Shown here: positions 9,568 to 18,905 of the stretch, one piece after another | Position numbering within the stretch: the stretch's first letter is position 1 | Layout of the letters: the number at the start of each line of letters is the position of its first letter | Origin: Desulfurococcales archaeon | GTDB lineage: Archaea; Thermoproteota; Thermoprotei_A; Sulfolobales; Desulfurococcaceae | DNA length: 64,000 nt | Direction: 5' to 3' | Assembly: GCA_027022365.1 (NCBI GenBank) | Contig: JALVYU010000031.1 | Coordinates: 224,001 to 288,000, forward strand | Notes under the pieces: generated by a model | Told to the model about the DNA's origin: nothing | What the model saw: only the letters and a program-made list of their open reading frames with translations | Databases searched by the model: none | Program-made: the position numbers and the translations under genes

Positions 9568-10415
9568 TGGCGGATGATGTGATCCTTAGGGTTATAGGCG
9601 CACTTGTCATAGCAGGCCTAATAATAGGCATAACAACTCCAATCTACCTTATTGCAAACAATATGTCCGGCAATAACACCTCTCTAGTTGATCTGACTGG
9701 TATGCTGACCAGACTAAACGGCCTGGCCCATCATATAAGCTATAATTTTATCGAGGAGAAAGAGATCGGTGTCAACGGTGCCCATGCATTAAGACTCGAC
9801 ATAAACTTGCTGGACGGATACATAGAAGTCGGCAGGGGTTCTGTGAACACCATAGTTATTGAAGTATATTCCACATCGTATACAGCGGATGGATATGAAG
9901 CATCATTTAATGTTCAAAGCGGAGACTTGCATATAATGGTTAAAAGCCCCACAATCAAACTAGTCGTACAGATACCGAGCGAAATGATTGTTAAAGGAGT
10001 AAACCTTGACATGAGCAACGGAATAGCCAAGATAAACATGGCGGAGATAAAAGGCCCGATATCATTTGTCATTGATAACGGAATACTTGAGTCCGAGCTC
10101 AAGAATATCGTTTCAAATAATACCTTGATAAAAATGAGTAATGGCGTCGTAAAACTCTCTCTACAATACAGCCACATTGATCTGTCGGAGATAAAGATCC
10201 AGATCAACGACGGGATATTTAAGGCCAGTATCAGAGTGCCCAATAACACCATGCTAAAAGTAACTCCTAATATACTAAATGGCGTCGTCCACGTAAGCCT
10301 CAATGGTAAAAACATAACAATCTACGAGGACCCAGGATACAATGTTAGTTCTTCAAGACTAGATTGCGGAATAACGGTGCTGAACGGTTATGCGAAAATA
10401 GACTTCGAGAGATGA
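9567..10415 (+). CDS. Membrane-anchored beta-solenoid protein (DUF4097/Toastrack-like)
   Basis: N-terminal TM then repeated (S/D)NG-x-hydrophobic units (SNGIAKI, DNGILES, SNGVVKL, NDGIFKA, LNGVVHV, LNGYAKI). Confidence 0.65.
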   Translation: MADDVILRVIGALVIAGLIIGITTPIYLIANNMSGNNTSLVDLTGMLTRLNGLAHHISYNFIEEKEIGVNGAHALRLDINLLDGYIEVGRGSVNTIVIEVYSTSYTADGYEASFNVQSGDLHIMVKSPTIKLVVQIPSEMIVKGVNLDMSNGIAKINMAEIKGPISFVIDNGILESELKNIVSNNTLIKMSNGVVKLSLQYSHIDLSEIKIQINDGIFKASIRVPNNTMLKVTPNILNGVVHVSLNGKNITIYEDPGYNVSSSRLDCGITVLNGYAKIDFER

Positions 10416-10422
10416 GGCTATA

Positions 10423-11088
10423 ATGGATTCAATAAAGATAGCGAGAGATAGGCCTCTAGCTGGATACAGGTTAATACAAGCACTGAACAGCGGGCCAAAA
10501 ATATCTATTTTAAGAGCCCTCATAAACTATCCGGAAGGATTAACCGCAAAAGAGATCGCTAGGCTTCTCGGAGTAAAATTACCAACAGCAATGGAGCACC
10601 TATCGGATCTTATAAAGACAGGGATCGTTAGGGTGAAGTACGAGGGGAGACATAAGAAGTATGTTCTTCTAGCCAAGAACATTGTGGTCGAGGTAAACCT
10701 GCCATTATATGTAAGTCTCCTGGAAAAAAAGGAAGAAGCTGAGCTATATGAGCTAGAGGTTATGGCAATAGAATACCTAAAGACAAAGATAAGCAGCGGC
10801 GGCCTTCCCATGAATATAACTGTGAAGGATGTTGCTAGAACGATAGGGGTTGACACAGCAACAGCTATAAGTATCGTTGATTTTATCAACACATACCCTG
10901 ATCGCTTCATCCATGCAGTCGAGCAGATCATACTTGAAGAACTACATAGAAGCAAGGGTCCGAAGAAGATAGCGGATATATCGAGAAGCACTAAGATCCA
11001 TAAGTATTGGGTTATACTAGCTGTTCAAAATCTTGTCTCCAAATCCCTTGCCAAGCTAGAAGGAGATCAAGTAATTCTGATTAGTTGA
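10423..11088 (+). CDS. ArsR-like winged-HTH transcriptional regulator with additional C-terminal HTHs
   Basis: LTAKEIARLLGVKLPTAMEHLSDLIKTGIV; further HTH-like ITVKDVARTIGVD and KIADISRSTKI. Confidence 0.85.
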   Translation: MDSIKIARDRPLAGYRLIQALNSGPKISILRALINYPEGLTAKEIARLLGVKLPTAMEHLSDLIKTGIVRVKYEGRHKKYVLLAKNIVVEVNLPLYVSLLEKKEEAELYELEVMAIEYLKTKISSGGLPMNITVKDVARTIGVDTATAISIVDFINTYPDRFIHAVEQIILEELHRSKGPKKIADISRSTKIHKYWVILAVQNLVSKSLAKLEGDQVILIS

Positions 11089-11095
11089 CCTGATC

Positions 11096-11464
11096 TTAGG
11101 ATAGCGATGCATAGAGGAAGCCTATGCCTATGAGTATCAAGATGAACGCTCCTAAATGTTGCCAGAATGTTCCAGGCATGTTTACTATCCCGAGCATGTC
11201 GAGGCCCCAGAGTATAAAGCCTATACCGATAACGCCTATGAAAAGCCTAGTGGAACTAATTATTCTTCTTGAACCTGGATGTATTTTTCTCGAATAAGAA
11301 GTGCTAGGAGCAAGTGCTATGAGTAATAGACCAGTGCCTATACCCATGACAGTGCCTACATCAATACGACCGAATAACGTACCTATACCCATTCCCAAGA
11401 ATACACAAGCTAGGAAGAACAATACTTTATTCATTGTCATAAACACCCTTACATTCTCGTCCAT
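11096..11464 (-). CDS. Small 4-TM membrane protein (LiaI/LiaF-TM-like C-terminus)
   Basis: Gly-rich hydrophobic helices; GIGFILWGLDMLG...FWQHLGAFILILIGIGFL. Confidence 0.7.
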   Translation of the reverse strand: MDENVRVFMTMNKVLFFLACVFLGMGIGTLFGRIDVGTVMGIGTGLLLIALAPSTSYSRKIHPGSRRIISSTRLFIGVIGIGFILWGLDMLGIVNMPGTFWQHLGAFILILIGIGFLYASLS

Positions 11465-11538
11465 AGATGAATAATTATTTAATATGGTTTTATTATCTAT
11501 TGAACGTTGTATGGAATATTATTTATATGATAATGTAG

Positions 11539-12090
11539 TTATTTATTTCCATTACACTCCGGTATTTGCCCGGGTTCAACTATTTTTCCTAGAAGATAGC
11601 ACTTATGCGTTATTCTTTCAAAGAATAAGCATTTGTTACAATTTATCCAGATGTTCTTTTCACCAGGATATACCAGTTGAATTTTCTTGAGGCACTTGGA
11701 AAGTATATCATCGATTAATGACTCAATAAATGAGACAAATTTCTTTTTGCCCACTAATCCTTTGAATAACCCCGTCTCTGCCTCCCCTGTTACATGTATC
11801 TCGGTAGCCCCATCATCTTTTTCTCTAAACCAGATCACAAGGTGGAAGTAGTCGCCATCATATGGCTCCATGGTGAAAGAGGTTTCCGTAGTCTTCACTC
11901 TTATTTTAGAGGAGAGTTTATTCCAGTAGAGTTTCAAGCTATACTTGTCTTCCTCTATGAAGGACAAGTTCTCTATGTACTTCTCGGAGCCGATCCAGTT
12001 GTTCAAATCGCTTATACATCTCAGCAACAATCGCTTGTCAACAAGTAGTTCCCTATAAAATGTATGCGTCAGCCTCAAATTTATCTCCAA
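11539..12090 (-). CDS. Hypothetical protein, START/DUF3211-like domain plus C-terminal Cys cluster
   Basis: Helix-grip-like pattern; C-terminal CNKC...KCYL...EC. Confidence 0.55.
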   Translation of the reverse strand: MEINLRLTHTFYRELLVDKRLLLRCISDLNNWIGSEKYIENLSFIEEDKYSLKLYWNKLSSKIRVKTTETSFTMEPYDGDYFHLVIWFREKDDGATEIHVTGEAETGLFKGLVGKKKFVSFIESLIDDILSKCLKKIQLVYPGEKNIWINCNKCLFFERITHKCYLLGKIVEPGQIPECNGNK

Positions 12091-12159
12091 TACAACGGTG
12101 TTACCTCGATAGGTATGTTTAAATCTTTCTTCGGATCAAGATTATAGATAGTGATAGCC

Positions 12160-12354
12160 ATGCCCGAAAAGCTGAAGTTCTTCGACATAAAGGCGAAGAA
12201 GCCGTTCTATACCGACAAGTATGAGGTAAAGATCGTCGAGAAGAAGAAAGGTGGTAAAGTCAAAATAGCCTTCGCTATCAGCCCCTATACGGGCATCAGG
12301 GTTGCAAGGATTATCGGCCCCGTTAAGGAAGAGGGGAAGAAAAAGAAGAAGTAA
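12160..12354 (+). CDS. cc1: Crenarchaeal chromatin protein CC1
   Basis: KLKFFDIKAKKPFYTDKYEV...AISPYTGIRVARIIG matches the CC1 family as I recall it; small and Lys-rich; TTTAAA at 12118-12123; T-tract after the stop. Confidence 0.8.
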   Translation: MPEKLKFFDIKAKKPFYTDKYEVKIVEKKKGGKVKIAFAISPYTGIRVARIIGPVKEEGKKKKK

Positions 12355-12364
12355 GGGAGCCGGG

Positions 12365-12392
12365 TCTTACTTAAGAGATAACACTGTTTTTT
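12365..12392 (+). terminator. Oligo-T terminator after cc1
   Basis: Short TCTT/AAGA stem then TTTTTT at 12387-12392. Confidence 0.45.
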
Positions 12393-12489
12393 CCCCGACC
12401 TTAACCCCCTCTTAACAAATACTGGCACCATCCTTAAAAATCCTAATTATCTATGATAACTAAGCCTGTTCTATGGGAGGAACAAAGGA

Positions 12490-13746
12490 TTGGAAAAATT
12501 CTATATGTTCAACATTATAGTGAGCGAGGGTTTAAAGCCTCGTATCGAACGGGTGGTTCGGAGATTCTTTGGTAAATGGATGCATATAAGCAGTAGAAAG
12601 AATCGAGGAGCATATAACATTGTCGTACTTGAAGATAAGGTCAAGGACCATAGCCTTGTCGATCCTTTGACCGCTGAGCTCAAGATCACAGAGGATATGA
12701 TGGATATTGAAATAGCTAAAGCCATAGAACACGCCCGTAGCCTAATCAGGCTATCCGTTGGATGGCGGAAAGGATATGTGATAGGTGTTCGTAACCACTT
12801 GGATGGACTAGAGATTCATCCAGCCTATGATGTATTCATGGCGTGGCTCGGATTGAACCAGTTGATGAAAATACATATTCCGCCTCACGCTGTCTTGGTC
12901 GAAAAACTATTCGGTGGCAAATACAGGGTCTTCTGCAGTGGTGTTAAGGCGGGAGAACTATTCATACCAGATGATGGGTGCGAGGTCTCGACAAATATCG
13001 ATCACCAGCGGTGCATGGAGTATAGTGGCGAGAAGCCCGAGCGTCTTAACAGGAATTCGATGCTGCAACACATAAATGTAGCGAGGAGATTCCTAGATAG
13101 CCTTGGAAAGCCGGATAGAGTAATAGTTAGCTTTAGTGGCGGTAAAGACAGTCTCGTTGCTCTAGATCTAGCAGTTAAGCATTATGGGGCCGAACACGTA
13201 GAGGCGATATATGTCGATACAGGAGTAGACTTTCCATCCACCAGAGACTATGTCAAGCAAATGGAGGAGGAGCTAGGCGTGACAGTTTATTCAGCCTATG
13301 CCCCGGTGAAAGAGCAACTGAGCACCAGGGGGTTACCGAGCAAAAATAACCGATGGTGTACTCTTCTAAAAACCCGTGCTTTCAAGGAGAAGCTCAGAGA
13401 GATCACGAGGCGTGACGAGAAAATACTCGTAATAGTTGGTGATAGAGATACGGAGTCAGAAACAAGGTCTAGGAAGCCGCCCGTGAGGCGTAGGAAATGG
13501 TATCTTGAGGCCGCCCCTATTAAACAGTGGAGCACGCTCATGGTACAATTATACATTAAGATGTACGAGTTACCACTTAATCCCCTCTATGAGGCAGGAT
13601 TCTATAGGCTCGGATGCTACATCTGCCCGGCTTTGACCAGTCTAGAAAGGAGAATTATGTTCGAAAAACTATGGTCTCACATAAACACTCTACCGTGGAT
13701 CAACGAGTATTTTGACCTACACTGCCCCGGAGCATGCCCGAAGTGA
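12490..13746 (+). CDS. PAPS reductase family (PP-loop) protein
   Basis: SFSGGKDS PP-loop, DTGVDFP, RWCTLLK, RLGCYICP. Confidence 0.9.
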   Translation: MEKFYMFNIIVSEGLKPRIERVVRRFFGKWMHISSRKNRGAYNIVVLEDKVKDHSLVDPLTAELKITEDMMDIEIAKAIEHARSLIRLSVGWRKGYVIGVRNHLDGLEIHPAYDVFMAWLGLNQLMKIHIPPHAVLVEKLFGGKYRVFCSGVKAGELFIPDDGCEVSTNIDHQRCMEYSGEKPERLNRNSMLQHINVARRFLDSLGKPDRVIVSFSGGKDSLVALDLAVKHYGAEHVEAIYVDTGVDFPSTRDYVKQMEEELGVTVYSAYAPVKEQLSTRGLPSKNNRWCTLLKTRAFKEKLREITRRDEKILVIVGDRDTESETRSRKPPVRRRKWYLEAAPIKQWSTLMVQLYIKMYELPLNPLYEAGFYRLGCYICPALTSLERRIMFEKLWSHINTLPWINEYFDLHCPGACPK

Positions 13747-14578
13747 TGGGTTTCGACAACAATGCTAGTAGTGCGAATACCAGGCCACCGATCAGAATCA
13801 GGGGGTATTCGCCTGAAGCCTCAAGCTTTAAGGCTACTACTAATCCGATGAACGATATTATTAAACTAGCTATCCTTATTCTCCAGTTATTATCGGTTAA
13901 TGATTCGTTAGGGATCCTTAGCAGTATAATTGCTGATACAAGGCTTCCCAGACATATGCCTGTCAGTAGAGGGGAGTCAGTATAGCTTGGCATCTCTAAC
14001 GATGCTATAACTGATAGGGCCAGGCCCGGGATACTTACGATCAGCAAATATTTCGCGACATCCTCGGCACGCCTGTAGATCATGATCGAAATAATAGCTA
14101 TAACTACACCTATGACAGCACCACCCACGACATCGACAGGATAATGCACGTGAAGGACTAGTCTTGAGCCGCTAACTGCGAGGGCGTGAATAAAGAGCGC
14201 CATCCCGAGCAAAGGATCCCCTGACAGATATCCTATAAGTAATGCGAAGGAAAAGCTCATGGCGGCATGACCGCTGGGAAAGCCTGGACCCTCAGCTTTT
14301 ACCAGCCATTCTGACGCGGGCGGACGCGGCATCTTGAGGATTGTTTTAAGCATTACATCGGTTGAAGCAGTTAGGCCCAGCCCGCCAATCAGGAATACTC
14401 CTTTGTCCCCACGATATAACGTATATATCAGTATTCCTAGAACCATGTAGAAACCACTTTTACCGATAGTGCTTGCGATCTTTGCGACGCCGACATCGCC
14501 GAGATAGACTCCTATCAACTCCACAATAGCTCCCATAAATAATAGATAGACCAGTATTCTCCTCAGGATGCTCGTCAA
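13700..14578 (-). CDS. PAP2 family membrane phosphatase
   Basis: K..LKMPRP, FPSGHA, SRLVLHVHYPVDV. Confidence 0.92.
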   Translation of the reverse strand: MTSILRRILVYLLFMGAIVELIGVYLGDVGVAKIASTIGKSGFYMVLGILIYTLYRGDKGVFLIGGLGLTASTDVMLKTILKMPRPPASEWLVKAEGPGFPSGHAAMSFSFALLIGYLSGDPLLGMALFIHALAVSGSRLVLHVHYPVDVVGGAVIGVVIAIISIMIYRRAEDVAKYLLIVSIPGLALSVIASLEMPSYTDSPLLTGICLGSLVSAIILLRIPNESLTDNNWRIRIASLIISFIGLVVALKLEASGEYPLILIGGLVFALLALLSKPITSGMLRGSVGQNTR

Positions 14579-14663
14579 GATAGTTCACCGGAGACCATCG
14601 ATCAATAATCTTTAACTCGTGATGACAGTATATTATGGTTGTGTAATAGGATAAATACCATTA

Positions 14664-15149
14664 TTATTTCCCGCTCACGGAGAACTGCTTGGCCTTGGCC
14701 GCTTTTTCAATCACTTCCCTTATTTCATCTAGTCTTCCCTCTTCGACTCTGAAAACATAGCGTATCCCATCGAACCCATATATTACAACCACATCTACAG
14801 GCCTAGTTCTCCTTAATGAAAACACGCTTGCTACTATGAAGAACGCTATTGTAACCATGTATACGTAAAGAATGTACTGGGCTACAGTAGGGCCAAGAGT
14901 ATAGTTTGCTATGATGAAAATAACTATGAGTGCCACGAAAACAGCGAGGGAAATCTTCCTCACCAAGAAGTATGTACTACTGGGAACCCTCATAAGGCCA
15001 AGACTTACCTGGTAAGCCTTAATCCTGTATATCCTGCCATTGCTTAGCTCAACATCAACCACTCCCTCGCGGGGAACTGCGAGTGAGCGTAGAGTTCCGG
15101 CGAACCTTGTTTTCTTAACATAAGACTGTGCCATATCCTGAAGCCCCAA
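14664..15149 (-). CDS. Hypothetical 2-TM membrane protein
   Basis: 161 aa ORF with two hydrophobic helices flanked by beta-rich segments. Confidence 0.7.
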   Translation of the reverse strand: MGLQDMAQSYVKKTRFAGTLRSLAVPREGVVDVELSNGRIYRIKAYQVSLGLMRVPSSTYFLVRKISLAVFVALIVIFIIANYTLGPTVAQYILYVYMVTIAFFIVASVFSLRRTRPVDVVVIYGFDGIRYVFRVEEGRLDEIREVIEKAAKAKQFSVSGK

Positions 15150-15204
15150 ATGAGAACGTGTTACTACTAGTACAATCGTCGTTGGGGTAAATTATTGGTT
15201 CTGT

Positions 15205-15903
15205 TCAATCTCCGGACATACCGCTTGACTCTATGCGTCCATCACGTATGACTACCAAGTGTTCCGCAAGCCTCTTTGCCTGATCATGATTATGTGTTAC
15301 GAGAACTATCGTCATCTCATCTTTCAGCCTCTTCAGTACCTCTTCTATTCTGTGCGTGTTCTCAGGGTCAATGTTCGCAGTGGGCTCATCAAGTAATAAT
15401 ATCTGAGGCTTGAGGGCAAGTGCTCTCGCAATACATAGCCTCTGCTGCTGACCCCCACTGAGCACTCCCGGTTTTTCATCCAATCTATCCTTGACTTCGT
15501 CCCATAGCATAGCCTCCTCCAGAGCCCACCGGACTATTCTGTCTAAATCAGCCTTATCCTTGACCATGTCATGGAGAATGGGGCCAATAGCGACATTCTC
15601 ATAGATGGTCATATGGGGGAACGGGTTAGGGGTCTGCGCCACATAAACCGCTGTTCTACGTAGCTCATACACATCCCAGTCCATTATATCCCTGCCAAGT
15701 ACTCTGATCACCCCAGTGTATCTTACGCTTTCCGTGAGCTCTATCAGTCTATTGATCGTTCTTAGGAGTGTTGATTTCCCGCTACCGCTCGGACCTATTA
15801 CGACTGTGATCTTATAAGCTGGTACGCGGAGACTTATGTTATGCAGTATCTGCCTATTCTTTATCCAGAGATTTAGATCCGCGATATTTACTGCTGGATT
15901 CAT
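15205..15903 (-). CDS. pstB: Phosphate ABC transporter ATP-binding protein
   Basis: GPSGSGKSTLLR..NR, QTPNPFP, LSGGQQQRLCIARALA, DEPT. Confidence 0.95.
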   Translation of the reverse strand: MNPAVNIADLNLWIKNRQILHNISLRVPAYKITVVIGPSGSGKSTLLRTINRLIELTESVRYTGVIRVLGRDIMDWDVYELRRTAVYVAQTPNPFPHMTIYENVAIGPILHDMVKDKADLDRIVRWALEEAMLWDEVKDRLDEKPGVLSGGQQQRLCIARALALKPQILLLDEPTANIDPENTHRIEEVLKRLKDEMTIVLVTHNHDQAKRLAEHLVVIRDGRIESSGMSGD

Positions 15904-16736
15904 GGTTTTGAAAGCCTCCGGAATACTGCAAATAAGCTGAGATATATCATAAGCAATACAAGACTAGCACCCCAAGCTGCCTCATGGTAATTCGTATAGG
16001 GCGTAAGCGTGTAAGTGTAGATGAGAAGCGGGACAGCCCCTATAGGCTTGCTGAGTCCCTGGAAATACGTGAACCAGTTGCCTCCAATAGTGAACAATAA
16101 TGGTGCTGTCTCACCGGACGCCCTAGCAAGCCCTATTAGCATCGCTGTCAATAATCCTCTTTTAGCCTCGCAGGTGAAGACGTAAAATATAGATTTAGCT
16201 CTAGATAAGCCGAGGCTGTAGCTCGCAAGCCTTACATCCACGGGTATGCTTCTCAAAGCGTTCTCGACATGTGTATAGATATAGGGAAGAACCACTATTG
16301 CAAGGGCTACTGCTCCCGCCCATGCGGAGAAATTCCCTGTCGGCACAACTAGTAAACTGTAAACCAGGACGCCTATGAGGATAGTCGGTATCTCCAATAA
16401 GCTCTTGACAAGAACATCTATGAACCTACCAAGCAGGGATTCCGGGAACTCGACAGCCAGAACCGCTGTCATGAACGCGAGTGGGTAGCCAATAATTATG
16501 GAGAGAAACATCAGGATAAGCGAGCCTACAAGGGCAGGTCCTATTCCGCCGGGACTGCTGGATAAAGGGCTTGAAGGTAAGCCGTAGAAGAAGACGGGCC
16601 CGACCGACAATATGGTTTTCCCGCCGTTCACTACTATGGCTGACATTATGACGAATAATGGAGTAATCCCGGCCATAGCGAATAAGAATACCGTTATCTT
16701 GAACAATTTGTCCTTGAAATACCTGTGCCTAGACAC
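15900..16736 (-). CDS. pstA: Phosphate ABC transporter permease PstA
   Basis: GGIGPALVGS, IPTILIG, ARASGETAPLLFT, AWGASLVL. Confidence 0.93.
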   Translation of the reverse strand: MSRHRYFKDKLFKITVFLFAMAGITPLFVIMSAIVVNGGKTILSVGPVFFYGLPSSPLSSSPGGIGPALVGSLILMFLSIIIGYPLAFMTAVLAVEFPESLLGRFIDVLVKSLLEIPTILIGVLVYSLLVVPTGNFSAWAGAVALAIVVLPYIYTHVENALRSIPVDVRLASYSLGLSRAKSIFYVFTCEAKRGLLTAMLIGLARASGETAPLLFTIGGNWFTYFQGLSKPIGAVPLLIYTYTLTPYTNYHEAAWGASLVLLMIYLSLFAVFRRLSKP

Positions 16737-18768
16737 TGGTCTTCCACCTCCTCATGAGATAGAGTCCTGTGCTACTCGTGATCACCCCTAAGAGCAGGAG
16801 GAATAGACCGCCCGCATACAGGGCGCTCGTCATGTAGACGTAGAAACCCGAGTTGCCGAACTGGTCCGCAATAAGTGATGAGATGGTGTACCCTGGTGTG
16901 AAGAGGCACTCGGGTATATTGTAGGTATTGCCTATCGTTAGAGAAACCGCTATCGTTTCCCCCGCAGCTCTTCCTAGACTTAATAGTAGTGACGCTATTA
17001 TCACAGGCCTCATAAGCCTTAATAGGATTCTTATTGTTTCATACTTGGTCATGCCTAGGCTATAGCAAGCCTCTCTGATCTTTCCTGGGATCTGTCTTAT
17101 TCCATCAAGTATGAGGCCAACCATGTATGGCATGATCATGATTCCGAGAATTATTCCGGCAGTAAAGACTGTGTAAGGTGATTCAGGCATACACCCGAAT
17201 ATTGGGATGAACCAAAGTGCTTTATGTGATGGGATCATCAAATCGGATTTTAGATAGTTTGCGAGGAAGAGGGACGCCCACATACCATAAAGGACTGTTG
17301 GTAAACCGGCCATAACCTCTATAATGGTCTCCATGACGCTTTTCAACCCGGTGGGGAGATACTCCTCGATCATTATGGCTAACGATAATCCTGGAGGGAA
17401 TGATATAATTATTGCTAGAAATGAAACCTCTAGAGTACCGATCATAGGGGCGAGAAGACCATAAGCCTCAGCACCTGGGTTATTCTCCACAGGCCTCCAC
17501 GTGCTCGAAGTATAAACCATTAATCCCTCGTGTAGAAAAATTGGGAGTGAGTTATATAGTAGTGTTGATATGAATACAATAAATATTGCCACGACGATTG
17601 CTCCAAATGGTAATAACGCTAGGAAGAATAACCTGTCTCCCTTCATAGGGGGTTCATCCCCCGCTTTTATGAGTTTGACAGCTCTGACAATAATCTCCTT
17701 GACCGGGCCAGGTAGAGGTGCATAGCCGGGTATTATGTGCTTATCGCCCGAACTGACTATCCAGGAGAGAAAATCCCCGATAGCCTCCGCCTTGTGAAGC
17801 GGGTATTTTGCCCATATAATTATGTGTGTGAAACAAGTAATCGGATAGGATAGCTTTCCAGGTGAATACACTATTGCTTCCAGCTCCCTGCTGAAATCCC
17901 CGGTAGGACTACCTGGGAGGAGGCCTGTTCTGGCAGCGTTTTCACCAGCAGTTATTATCGTCGTAGTGTTCGGCTCCACATAGTACCCGGCTCTATTCCT
18001 AAGGAGAGCTATATCCAGCCCATATCTAATGGCGTAGGATAGTTCGACATAACCTATACTATACGGCGTGTTCTTTACGATCGAGACTATTCCTGCATTG
18101 CCCTTCCCGCCAAGCCCCCTACCTGTCCTATCGACGGGCCATTCGATATCCTTGCCGACAAGTCTCTCTGGCCATAGACCATTGCTTGATCTATAGAGGT
18201 AATACGTAAATATTTCCGTTGTCCCGCTAGAGTCACTTCTATGAACAACTATTATTTTAGCATGAGGTAGCAGATTCGATATGCCTGGATTAGATTTCTT
18301 GATGTAACTATTATCCCAGTATTTTATCTTTCCGAGATAAATCATAGATAATACCTCGCCGTCGAGTCTTAACCTATGGCCTCCTAGTCCCGGAATATTG
18401 TAGATCACGGCTACTGCGCCCAGAACAATGGGTAATTGTAGTATTCGTCCCTTGTACTCTAGCCATGTCTTGTGGCTTAGCGGTGGATCACTACCGCAGA
18501 AATCTGTTAGGTGTTCAAAGAACTGTTGCTGACCTGCGCCACTACCTACTCCATTGTATTCTATAGTTATAGACGGGTGGACTTTATGGAAGAGTGTCAT
18601 CCATGCCATGAGCTGTAGTTGCAGGAACGTTGAACCGGACCCCCGGATATGGATGGTCTCCTTGTTTCCAGCTATTAGGCCCGGGGTCGTGAGGCTTAAT
18701 ATGAGGGCGAGGATGAAGAGTATTGTTAGAAATAATATTCTCCTTCTATGCATCCATATAGTGATCAT
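16729..18768 (-). CDS. pstS: PstS-PstC in-frame fusion (phosphate-binding protein plus permease)
   Basis: N-part GSGSTF, GSGAG, DFCGSD, HRSDSSGTT (PstS); from ATG 17646 AGLPTVLYG, GRAAGET, ISSLIADQF (PstC); no stop between them. Confidence 0.9.
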   Translation of the reverse strand: MITIWMHRRRILFLTILFILALILSLTTPGLIAGNKETIHIRGSGSTFLQLQLMAWMTLFHKVHPSITIEYNGVGSGAGQQQFFEHLTDFCGSDPPLSHKTWLEYKGRILQLPIVLGAVAVIYNIPGLGGHRLRLDGEVLSMIYLGKIKYWDNSYIKKSNPGISNLLPHAKIIVVHRSDSSGTTEIFTYYLYRSSNGLWPERLVGKDIEWPVDRTGRGLGGKGNAGIVSIVKNTPYSIGYVELSYAIRYGLDIALLRNRAGYYVEPNTTTIITAGENAARTGLLPGSPTGDFSRELEAIVYSPGKLSYPITCFTHIIIWAKYPLHKAEAIGDFLSWIVSSGDKHIIPGYAPLPGPVKEIIVRAVKLIKAGDEPPMKGDRLFFLALLPFGAIVVAIFIVFISTLLYNSLPIFLHEGLMVYTSSTWRPVENNPGAEAYGLLAPMIGTLEVSFLAIIISFPPGLSLAIMIEEYLPTGLKSVMETIIEVMAGLPTVLYGMWASLFLANYLKSDLMIPSHKALWFIPIFGCMPESPYTVFTAGIILGIMIMPYMVGLILDGIRQIPGKIREACYSLGMTKYETIRILLRLMRPVIIASLLLSLGRAAGETIAVSLTIGNTYNIPECLFTPGYTISSLIADQFGNSGFYVYMTSALYAGGLFLLLLGVITSSTGLYLMRRWKTSV

Positions 18769-18905
18769 CCTTTGCCCTGTTAACTCTCTGTCAGCTTATA
18801 GAGTTTTTAACGGGCATCCATGGAGGATCACTGGTGTATGTAGGGCATGGTTAGTTTATATAGATGTATATAGGTAGAATAGAGGTTAGAACACCTATAG
18901 CGGAT

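Noticed and set aside
12160-12354. Cren7 or Sul7d
   Set aside because: Motifs (KFFDIKAK, SPYTG) fit CC1 rather than Cren7 or Sul7d.
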